Shown here piece after piece: positions 56,875-64,000 of a DNA stretch of 64,000 nt. The stretch comes from a virus. The first letter of the stretch is position 1, and the number at the start of each line of letters is the position of its first letter. Made by a program: the position numbers and the translations under genes. Location of the stretch: positions 31,462 to 95,461 of the IMG/VR virus record IMGVR_UViG_3300012000_000005. The stretch is one strand, 5' to 3'. The notes beneath the pieces were generated by a model. It had not been told where the DNA came from. It saw only the letters and a list, made by a program, of their open reading frames with translations, and did no database searches.

Positions 56875-57299
56875 AAATACTTGTAAGTATTGTTCTAATT
56901 GTAGGCGGGCTATTCTATGTTAATCAGCCAGAGAAGTGTATAAACCTACACGTTGATGGCGGCGGAAACCAGGTGAGCTCGAGCTGCATCCCGTCGCCAG
57001 ACAATACAAATGCTTTAGTTCTATTAAGAAATGCCGATTATAAAATAGAAGGCACAGTTAAATATGGAAATGCTGTCGTATGCAGAGTCAACGGAATGCC
57101 AGCTCAAGAGCTCGAATCATGCAAGGACATGCCACCAGCGGAAGCATATTGGGCAGTTTTAATTAAAAAGCACAGGGCTATCCCACTATTTAATGAGTGG
57201 GGTTGGGCTCAAACAGGAATCAACGAAGTTTATCTATCTCAGGGAGACTCTCTAGGATTGGTATTCGTAGTTAATGGAGAAGTAAAATGGCCGTCTTAA
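56871..57299 (+). CDS. Membrane-anchored DUF4430/transcobalamin-C-terminal-like (putative cobalamin-binding) protein
   Basis: ATGA overlap with nrdJ; N-terminal TM/signal; AL.LL..ADYKIEGT.KYG.AVVCRVNG.P, C..MPP..AYWA, W.W...GI....L..GDSLGLVF. Confidence 0.65.
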   Translation: MKILVSIVLIVGGLFYVNQPEKCINLHVDGGGNQVSSSCIPSPDNTNALVLLRNADYKIEGTVKYGNAVVCRVNGMPAQELESCKDMPPAEAYWAVLIKKHRAIPLFNEWGWAQTGINEVYLSQGDSLGLVFVVNGEVKWPS

Positions 57300-57415
57300 C
57301 ACCAGTAAAGAAAACAACTAATTGGCTAATTCCACAACTTATTACAAACCTATTCGCTCTCTACATAGCAAATAAGATAAGCGTCGATATATGGCGCTCG
57401 CTAACAGGTCATTAA
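57287..57415 (+). CDS. Small single-TM peptide ending in ...WRSLTGH, 42 aa
   Basis: My translation: MAVLTPVKKTTNWLIPQLITNLFALYIANKISVDIWRSLTGH; overlaps the previous gene and precedes a terminator. Confidence 0.6.
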   Translation: MAVLTPVKKTTNWLIPQLITNLFALYIANKISVDIWRSLTGH

Positions 57416-57425
57416 AGACTTAAAC

Positions 57426-57465
57426 AGAAAGGCCACCTAGACCCGAAACTAGGTGGCCTTTCTTT
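57426..57465. terminator. Bidirectional terminator between converging blocks
   Basis: AGAAAGGCCACCTAG-loop-CTAGGTGGCCTTTCT-TT. Confidence 0.8.
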
Positions 57466-57538
57466 GCGTTAGGGGTAGAGGCAACCCTGACGCGAGTGGG
57501 TGCGTTGGGGAAGCAAGAAACCCAACGCGGACAAAAAA

Positions 57539-57688
57539 CTATTTACATGAGGTACAAAAGTTCTGCACTCGTAGGTTCTCTTTGGTTACCACCATAGTTC
57601 TTGAACAATGGTAGCAAGGCACTAATTTAAATGCCTTATCCGCTCTCCTACGAAGGAACAACGCTACGAGTTCTTCTTTAATCTTCAT
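57539..57688 (-). CDS. Small Zn-finger protein
   Basis: MKIKEE...CYHC...FCTSCK. Confidence 0.55.
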   Translation of the reverse strand: MKIKEELVALFLRRRADKAFKLVPCYHCSRTMVVTKENLRVQNFCTSCK

Positions 57689-57779
57689 AGTCGTCATCAT
57701 CTCCTTCCTCATAAATCTCTTCATCGGGGATGTCGGGCATCGGCCTATCCCACAATGGCTCAGGTACTATCCTACTCAA
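57678..57779 (-). CDS. Acidic peptide, 33 aa
   Basis: TTG start after AGGAG; SRIVPEPLWDRPMPDIPDEEIYEEGDDDYED. Confidence 0.45.
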   Translation of the reverse strand: MSRIVPEPLWDRPMPDIPDEEIYEEGDDDDYED

Positions 57780-57781
57780 TT

Positions 57782-58087
57782 TTAAGACTCCTGTTTATAA
57801 ATTAGAGTACCTTGAATCTTTACTGGCTTTCCGTTCTCATCTTCGTTAACAACAGCGAGCTTAACGCTCTTGCGTGGGGTCAACTGCTGAACCCTCTCTT
57901 TAATATAACGCTTACCTGCGCTGGCGTTAGCCCACGCGGTTACGTTGTTATCAATTTCAATGTCGTCATATCCACCGAGTCCGTTGCTACGACTTTCGGT
58001 AATGGTATAAGTGACCTTCCATGCGCCACCTTTAACTGTGTTTTTCATGAGTGTTGCTTTGAACGTGCGTTCTACTTTGCGAGCCAT
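57782..58087 (-). CDS. Hypothetical protein
   Basis: ATG at 58087 after RBS AAGGAG. Confidence 0.6.
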   Translation of the reverse strand: MARKVERTFKATLMKNTVKGGAWKVTYTITESRSNGLGGYDDIEIDNNVTAWANASAGKRYIKERVQQLTPRKSVKLAVVNEDENGKPVKIQGTLIYKQES

Positions 58088-58494
58088 GTTGTCTCCTTTG
58101 TTGGCCAATAGTACGGTAATGTTTCATCTACTTTGGGAAAGTATTTGCGATAATGCTCGGGCAACTTTCTTACGAGGTTGGCTTGGTGCGACGTGTGGAA
58201 CTCGTCGTGACCTAGCCATGCTGGCAATATTACCCTATCTTTAGGGAATTGCTCTAACAGGGAATCTTGGAAGCCTCGTTCGCGCCACTCGACACAAACT
58301 AATCTGCCGTATTCGTATAGTGCGCCTTCATAATCTCTCCACATAAGAACGGCGGGGTGGTTTCGCCAACCTTTCGTCATACCTGCTAATACACGCATGA
58401 CTTGGTAGGCTTCTACTCTTTGCTTACCTAACCTCTTATCGTCGAGAACTCTCGCGCTCTCTTTAAAGTCAGGAAGCGGTAGGAAAGTCTGAAT
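58072..58494 (-). CDS. MSMEG_6728/DenV-like pyrimidine-dimer DNA glycosylase, apparent ATT start
   Basis: (I)QTFLP.PDF..SARVLD.KRLGKQRVEA.Q, GWRNHPAVLMW, P.WLG...H.SHQANL..K.P.HY, LPY.WP. Confidence 0.85.
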   Translation of the reverse strand: MQTFLPLPDFKESARVLDDKRLGKQRVEAYQVMRVLAGMTKGWRNHPAVLMWRDYEGALYEYGRLVCVEWRERGFQDSLLEQFPKDRVILPAWLGHDEFHTSHQANLVRKLPEHYRKYFPKVDETLPYYWPTKETTWLAK

Positions 58495-58506
58495 CTCTCT
58501 TACTCC

Positions 58507-58650
58507 TTAGAACGGTGGCTGGTCACCCTTTGGTGGCAAGCACATTACGCAGAACGCTACACCCGCAGTAACCGCTTCGTCAATATCCATGCCGTCAGGA
58601 ACTATAATTTCTCCGCGGTCATACTCTACAAAACACTTTGGACACTCCAT
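58507..58650 (-). CDS. Small Zn-finger peptide, 47 aa
   Basis: MECPKC...FCVMCLPP. Confidence 0.5.
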   Translation of the reverse strand: MECPKCFVEYDRGEIIVPDGMDIDEAVTAGVAFCVMCLPPKGDQPPF

Positions 58651-58659
58651 AACTAACCC

Positions 58660-58803
58660 TCACTCACTCTCTTTTTTAATAATAGGTAACTCTTTTTCTA
58701 TATTTAAACTCTCTTGTTGGCAAGTACAACCGCCACACCCGCAGCGTTGAGCTGGTTCTTCAGCGGGGGTATAAAGAATCTCATTTCCGACGTTATCTCT
58801 CAT
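58660..58803 (-). CDS. Small Cys-rich peptide, 47 aa
   Basis: Contains CGCGGCTC; ATGA overlap with the upstream gene. Confidence 0.5.
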   Translation of the reverse strand: MRDNVGNEILYTPAEEPAQRCGCGGCTCQQESLNIEKELPIIKKESE

Positions 58804-59237
58804 TTATTCTCTCCACTTTCAAATAGACTCTCTCCACCTTCTATTTTTCCTTCGGCTAGAGTTATTTTCTCCCCGTATCCTTGCCACACGATATTTCCTT
58901 CGCTGTCGTGGATAGTGATTAATCTTTCATTTTCTACCCATTGATGAAGCGCATGACTATCTACTAAAACTCTAACGCTGGCTTCGGGCTCTCCCTTGTA
59001 TAGGTTGCCGTCGGGTAGTTTAATCATTGAATCCCACTCGCCATTGTTTGCTCTCTCGATAGCCTCTAAGCATGGGTCTATCATGGCTAGTGGTATTGGT
59101 TTCTCGAATCTTGTTTGAAGGTGATTTCCAACCTCGTTCCATAACGGCGGTAATTCCTCTAAGCCGTCGTCGCCTCTCTCGCTAATAATCTCAGCGTCAA
59201 TAATCTCGTTACCGTAATTGTCGTACTCAGTTACCAT
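58800..59237 (-). CDS. Hypothetical protein
   Basis: Likely start MVTEYD at 59237; 'HLQ....PIP..MIDPC.EAI'. Confidence 0.6.
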   Translation of the reverse strand: MVTEYDNYGNEIIDAEIISERGDDGLEELPPLWNEVGNHLQTRFEKPIPLAMIDPCLEAIERANNGEWDSMIKLPDGNLYKGEPEASVRVLVDSHALHQWVENERLITIHDSEGNIVWQGYGEKITLAEGKIEGGESLFESGENK

Positions 59238-59379
59238 CAGGGTTCGAATCTTTCTTGTAGTCGGGCTTGTACTTGGGCTTTCTATTATATAACTTCTTGT
59301 TTCTAATTGGAACACTCGCATTACTACGGCGTAACTCGAGGATACGCCGTAGTTGCTCTGCGGTCTTTGAGAATCTCAC
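59227..59379 (-). CDS. Small basic protein (ELRRSNA..P.RNKK.Y.RK motif seen in actinophages)
   Basis: GTG start overlapping the upstream TGA. Confidence 0.55.
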   Translation of the reverse strand: MRFSKTAEQLRRILELRRSNASVPIRNKKLYNRKPKYKPDYKKDSNPDGN

Positions 59380-59468
59380 TCGTCGTCGGTTTCGTCGGGC
59401 TCGATACACTTGTGGTTATCCCACGCGTAAGGGCTCTGCTCGTCACCGCACCATGTACACGTTGCCAT
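59376..59468 (-). CDS. Zn-binding peptide, 30 aa
   Basis: MATCTWCGDEQSPYAWDNHKCIEPDETDDE; TAATG-coupled. Confidence 0.45.
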   Translation of the reverse strand: MATCTWCGDEQSPYAWDNHKCIEPDETDDE

Positions 59469-59779
59469 TACTCACCGTCTAATCCGTAACCGTTTTCAAG
59501 GTCACGTTCGTCGGCTTCGTCGAATATAGGCGCTCGTAATCCTAGCCTATCTGCGTACGGCTCGATACTATCAACCGCCATATCTATCTCGCCTCTTGTG
59601 TCGTGGTAATCGAATAACTCGGTTAAGCGCTCGTCTGTATCGTTTCGTAGCGCCATAAGGTCAAGGCTTGCGCCTATCGCGGTATCGATTAGGTAGATAG
59701 CGTCGCTATCTCCTTCCATATATTTCTTTACTACGTCTTGGTATTGACCCGATAGTAGTAAGTCTTTCATAGCACCCAT
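59468..59779 (-). CDS. Acidic hypothetical protein
   Basis: RBS GAAAGGG. Confidence 0.6.
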   Translation of the reverse strand: MGAMKDLLLSGQYQDVVKKYMEGDSDAIYLIDTAIGASLDLMALRNDTDERLTELFDYHDTRGEIDMAVDSIEPYADRLGLRAPIFDEADERDLENGYGLDGE

Positions 59780-59780
59780 A

Positions 59781-59981
59781 TTAGTTTCCCTTTCGTACTT
59801 GGTACTGCTTCGAAGTATCCTCTAAGTAGAACGAATAGTCAATAGCGGTATGCGCTAAGTTGGTTAGATATTCTGCTTGAGGGTGGTCACTCACTTCGGT
59901 TGCGCCGACTATCTTGAGTAGCGTATCCCTTAGTAGTTGTTTGTAATCTATATTTGTTTCCTCTGCTATTTCTATTTCCAT
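59781..59981 (-). CDS. Hypothetical protein
   Basis: RBS-like AGGGA. Confidence 0.55.
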   Translation of the reverse strand: MEIEIAEETNIDYKQLLRDTLLKIVGATEVSDHPQAEYLTNLAHTAIDYSFYLEDTSKQYQVRKGN

Positions 59982-60065
59982 TATCCCTGCTTCTGTAATC
60001 CTTCCGTTTGCGGGTTTGTGTTGAAGCGCGGTGGGGGGAAGGGATAGCCCACCGCGCCAACCTTA

Positions 60066-61970
60066 TTAGCGCCTTACGACCTTCATCTGTGATTTAACTA
60101 GGTCTTTGGCTACGTCGAGAATATCTTTGGCTTCGTCAACGACCCTAAAGAACTTAGCGCCATGACGTAAGGTAATCATGTATTGGTCGTAACGCTCTCG
60201 GTCGTTATCTTTGACCCATTGAAGGCTACCTAAGAATATGACACTCGTTAGAACGTTGTTGGCGTTCATGCGAGAGATAATACCGTCGTTAATCTCTGTA
60301 CTATCCCACTCGCCGTCGGTAATCATGAAGCATATCTTGATACCTTTACGGCTTGCGTTAAGTATGCGCTCGGCTTCGATAAGCGCCTTGAACGGATTAG
60401 TGCTACCGCTACTATCAACGAATCTAAACTCGTCGGGCTTAGCCTTATCGTCTGCCTTGTAGATTAGACGGCTATCGTGGTTGAACTTATAGACGGTTAC
60501 TCGACCGTTGATACGCTCGATACCGCGCTTTAGAATCCACGCCGTTTCCATTGTCTTATAGATACGAGCGCCCATGCTACCCGAGGTATCTACTAGGATT
60601 ACCGCTTCAATATCATTAGACGAGTTACCTTCACTCCAACGGTCGAATAACTTATTGATGTCATTTACGTCGGCGTTCATGGCTCGAGATACGTTAAGCC
60701 TACCGCTTTCTACCTCTAACTCCCACGCAGGGTCGTTATCGATACGAATACGCTCTAACTCTACGGCGAATCTACGAGCGCTCGCCGTAGCGTTCATAGG
60801 TACGCTCATGTTTTTATAGTTGGCAGGTCGAACACCTGAACGCATGACGTCGTTATCCATAATCGCTCTACGAACTTCGGCGGTATCACGACGTACGTTT
60901 TCGTCGTTTCTTATATTAGATAACTCGGAGTTAATCTTATCTTTGAGTAACTTCTCGCTATCTGTATATTCGTGTTGTACGTCTTGAGTAGTAATCGAAT
61001 CGTCAACCGTACCGTAACCTTGCCCTACGTTATCGTCATTGATGTCGTCGAACTTCTCGGTCTGTGTAGATTTCTCGGTTGCGTTAGCCTTATCTTGTAG
61101 TCGGTCTTGTTCCTTCTGACCTTCTGCTCGACCCTTTCTCATCATTTGGCGGTCGATATGACCGTCGCATTGACCTTTACCGTTTTGTGGTACTTGAGGT
61201 GGTGGGTTTTGCTCATCATTACCGACAACCTTAGCGAACTCTGCGATAAGCCTCTTGGCTCTATCGTAATCGCGTGGGAAGGCGAGTGTGCGGTACTCAT
61301 GGATAATATCCGCTAGGAATATCGCTGTGGCTTTGCCGAACTGCTGTGAGAATCGCGTGGCGATTTCCTGACGAATATCGTAATCTAAGTATTTTCTACC
61401 TGTGATTAATATAAATAAGGAAGCCCACTCACTTGAATCACCTTTGAGTATGTAGTCAAGCGTTGAAGCCTCTACGAACGGTTGAACGGCAGGATACTTA
61501 GCGATAAGTAAGCGCTCGATACGACTATCCTCGAGTATGTTCATGGCTCGACGATATTGGTTTTCCATGACCCACTTACCTAACTCGGAGTTTTCGCGTG
61601 GCGTATAAAGAACGTGTGCGACCTCATGGTAGTTGAATCCATGAAGGCTAACGATAGTGTTATCGTCAATATCCTCGAGTAGATGAGCGTTGAACACGAT
61701 AGCCTTACCGTCATTGTAGGCGGTAGTTTCTAGGTCGGGATTATCGTCAACCCTGACCTCTATCTTGTCACCTGTGATAATACTATCGGCGCGTGAGTAG
61801 ATAACACCCACGCTCGATAGTTTTTCTTTGTGCGCTTGATAAGCCTCTTGCTTGGCTTCGATTAGGTCTTGGTCGATTTCCATTTTGCCTAACTCGTCGT
61901 TCCATTGATAGGCACTATGAATCTCGCGGAGTAGGTCGTCGGTAGAATCTGCTTGGTAGCGGTATCCCAT
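60066..61970 (-). CDS. CobT-like protein: HExxH metallopeptidase-like N-terminus + vWA (MIDAS) C-terminus
   Basis: HEVAH..NILEDSRIE; VDTSGSM, ITDGEW. Confidence 0.85.
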   Translation of the reverse strand: MGYRYQADSTDDLLREIHSAYQWNDELGKMEIDQDLIEAKQEAYQAHKEKLSSVGVIYSRADSIITGDKIEVRVDDNPDLETTAYNDGKAIVFNAHLLEDIDDNTIVSLHGFNYHEVAHVLYTPRENSELGKWVMENQYRRAMNILEDSRIERLLIAKYPAVQPFVEASTLDYILKGDSSEWASLFILITGRKYLDYDIRQEIATRFSQQFGKATAIFLADIIHEYRTLAFPRDYDRAKRLIAEFAKVVGNDEQNPPPQVPQNGKGQCDGHIDRQMMRKGRAEGQKEQDRLQDKANATEKSTQTEKFDDINDDNVGQGYGTVDDSITTQDVQHEYTDSEKLLKDKINSELSNIRNDENVRRDTAEVRRAIMDNDVMRSGVRPANYKNMSVPMNATASARRFAVELERIRIDNDPAWELEVESGRLNVSRAMNADVNDINKLFDRWSEGNSSNDIEAVILVDTSGSMGARIYKTMETAWILKRGIERINGRVTVYKFNHDSRLIYKADDKAKPDEFRFVDSSGSTNPFKALIEAERILNASRKGIKICFMITDGEWDSTEINDGIISRMNANNVLTSVIFLGSLQWVKDNDRERYDQYMITLRHGAKFFRVVDEAKDILDVAKDLVKSQMKVVRR

Positions 61971-61972
61971 GA

Positions 61973-63427
61973 TTAGATTACCGCCTGATGTTGAGTGATA
62001 GGGATATTGAAGGTGGTAACACCGTCGCTAACCTTATCATCTAGCATTTCTACTTTAGCCTCGTCGGTCTTAATTGAAAGTACCGCTAAGCCTAACTCCT
62101 CTGCGATATTATCGCGGTGAGTGTTGACTACCAACCGTACCGCCGAACGTTCCTCATCACCCTCGAAGGAGTTGATGTAGTTGTATGTAGCGAACTCCAT
62201 GCCGAAGGCTTTGGCATTAGTTACGAACGCTACGAGCGAACGAGTTGAGATAGGAGTGACGAGCGTACCTTTATTGAACTCGTCGCGTAGTTGATTTGCC
62301 ATTTCAACGAGCGCTCTATTCTTGAGTAACTTCTGCTCGATAGGCTTGTCGTATGGGAACGATAGTCTTATTGAGAATCGGTCTGCGAGTGCTTGGTTGA
62401 GTGGTCGAGTGCCACGATAGTCGGGGTTCATGTCACCGATAATCAATAGATTAGGGTGAGCCTTGATTACCTCGCCACCGTTTTCCATTAGTTGAATCTC
62501 ACGACGATAATCGAGTAGTGAGAATATGAAAGTTAAGAATCGCTCGGGCGCGAAGTTAATCTCGTTGAATAGGAGTACGCCACCGTTACGAACTATCTCT
62601 GTAACTGCGCCGTCTTGCCACCTAAAGTGACCGTCGGGAGTTGGTATCCAACGACCGACTAGGTGAGAGGCTTCTAGCCCGATATGGCATGCGACGTTGA
62701 AGTACCTCATGCCTCGAGCGCTTGCGTATGCTTGAGCGCTCATAGTCTTACCGCTTCCTGCGTGACCTTCAATTAGAACGTTCATGCCGTTGGCGAGTGC
62801 GTGGTCGTACACCTGATAATCGGTTAAGCCGTCAACGACCTTGCGGTTGATGTAGGTATCTGCCCACTTCTTGTCGGGTACGCTTACCATAGCATTGACG
62901 AGCGCTTGGCTTGTCGTTGGTACGGTTGGTCGTTCGATAACCTTAGTAGTGGTGGTTGCCACCTGTGCTACTTGCGCGATAGGAGTATCAACACCCTTCA
63001 CGATAGGCTTAATAGATACACCCTGATTACGTCGCTTGTCGGTGATGTAATCGTTGAGTGAGTTGTCGCCGATTTCTAGGCGAGCGATAAGGCTACCTGC
63101 GACCTCATTGTGCGCCTCGGGCGCGGTTGCGGTAGGAGTGGTTTCTAGGGCATATAGCGCCTTGATACCGACGTTAGTGATTTGACCTAGTTTCATCATG
63201 TCGCGGTCGCGGTCGCTAATAACGACGGCGCATGGTTCATGAGAGATAGGGTTATTTGGTAGTTGTGTGAGTGATACTTGCTTCCACGCCTGACCTCGAC
63301 CTTTCATGCCGTTCGATACGCGGTGGTATAGATATACCTCGGTATCGTCGGATAAGATGAGTGTCTGCGCTTGGGCAGGTAATCCCTCGAGTTGGTCGTC
63401 TGATACGACGAGTAACGCGAGTGACAT
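61973..63427 (-). CDS. MoxR/CbbQ/CobS-like AAA+ ATPase
   Basis: GHAGSGKT, W.DG, LLFNEIN, MNP.YRGTRPLNQALADRF, ISTR. Confidence 0.88.
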   Translation of the reverse strand: MSLALLVVSDDQLEGLPAQAQTLILSDDTEVYLYHRVSNGMKGRGQAWKQVSLTQLPNNPISHEPCAVVISDRDRDMMKLGQITNVGIKALYALETTPTATAPEAHNEVAGSLIARLEIGDNSLNDYITDKRRNQGVSIKPIVKGVDTPIAQVAQVATTTTKVIERPTVPTTSQALVNAMVSVPDKKWADTYINRKVVDGLTDYQVYDHALANGMNVLIEGHAGSGKTMSAQAYASARGMRYFNVACHIGLEASHLVGRWIPTPDGHFRWQDGAVTEIVRNGGVLLFNEINFAPERFLTFIFSLLDYRREIQLMENGGEVIKAHPNLLIIGDMNPDYRGTRPLNQALADRFSIRLSFPYDKPIEQKLLKNRALVEMANQLRDEFNKGTLVTPISTRSLVAFVTNAKAFGMEFATYNYINSFEGDEERSAVRLVVNTHRDNIAEELGLAVLSIKTDEAKVEMLDDKVSDGVTTFNIPITQHQAVI

Positions 63428-63550
63428 TTGTTCGGGTTTCCCTTCTTAATCGCCGTTGTTGGCTTAGTACCTATCTAAGCCTATTTCCGTATTTAATTCC
63501 ACTCCCGAGCCTCATTTTTGTATAACGAACTTATAACGATTTTCTCTCAC

Positions 63551-63559
63551 TTATCCACA
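63551..63559 (+). promoter_or_regulatory. Perfect DnaA-box consensus
   Basis: TTATCCACA. Confidence 0.45.
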
Positions 63560-63775
63560 ACCCTCTCTATGCGCCCGACGGCGCGGTAATAGGGTTATCT
63601 CTTGTATATAGAGAGAGAGGGGGGAAGGGGGCGAACACTAGCCTTATTGCTTCTTATCATATAGCCCACCCTCTCTCATAGCCGTAGGTCTGGCCTTACG
63701 CCTAATAAGCCTATCTCTCGTCGTGGCAGTAGCCTAACTCTCTCGGCTAGTCAAGCCGACACGCCGTTGCTCTCT

Positions 63776-63791
63776 TGTGATATGCGCCACA
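63776..63791. promoter_or_regulatory. CRP/GlxR-like site
   Basis: TGTGA-TATGCG-CCACA, one mismatch to TGTGA-N6-TCACA. Confidence 0.4.
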
Positions 63792-63970
63792 GGCCGCAGG
63801 GTTTGTGTTGGCCATAGCCTGCGGCTATGGCCAATGACGGAGTAGGCCGTCAAGGCCTTCAAATAGGGTGGGTCTATTCTAATATAGTTGGGTGGGTCAA
63901 CACAAACATTTCCGCGCCGAAGTTACTCGCGAGTAGCAACAGAATCAACGGGCGGCGGCGAACAAGCAAT

Positions 63971-64000
63971 AAGCCTACCGCCGAAGGAGCGGTAGGCTTT
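63971..64000. terminator. Terminator-like hairpin at the window end
   Basis: AAGCCTACCGC-CGAAGGA-GCGGTAGGCTT-T. Confidence 0.6.

Noticed and set aside
60066-63427. CobS/CobT-like pair as cobaltochelatase (B12 biosynthesis)
   Set aside because: There is no CobN or any corrin-synthesis gene. MoxR-AAA/vWA pairs are widespread in phages and routinely mislabelled, so I did not count them in the B12 module.

Overview
A 64-kb interior segment of a tailed dsDNA phage genome with a contractile tail (myovirus morphotype). By eye it is about 43-45% GC. The host is almost certainly an Actinobacterium, probably a low-GC freshwater lineage. Evidence: a whiB gene, an MSMEG_6728-type glycosylase, eight leaderless genes of the form TAnnnT-N6-ATG/GTG, and an eCIS-like sheath and tube. 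Layout: 1-9 kb fibre/adhesin genes; 9-27 kb glycosyltransferase, a cluster of tiny Lys-rich proteins, and the neck/tail/baseplate operon; 27-45 kb replication and recombination (initiator with an internal ori-like repeat, DnaC-like loader, DnaB, primase, dNMP kinase, SNF2 helicase, 3 tRNAs, SSB, PolA, RecA, WhiB, Cas4-like nuclease, RuvC, HslV-like peptidase); 45-57 kb accessory genes (SpoVS, Hsp20, phosphoesterase, nucleotidyltransferase/HAD/TGT-like cluster, class II RNR); 57.5-63.4 kb a minus-strand early-type block (small ORFs, vWA protein, MoxR-type AAA); then a non-coding control region. No capsid, terminase or lysis genes are recognisable in this window. The main candidate new system is a phage-encoded cobalamin capture-activate-use set: B12-dependent NrdJ, translationally coupled to a membrane-anchored transcobalamin-beta-domain (DUF4430)-like protein and a small membrane peptide, plus a PduO-type cobalamin adenosyltransferase wedged between tRNA genes. 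Family assignments come from motif recognition by eye; no database searches were run.
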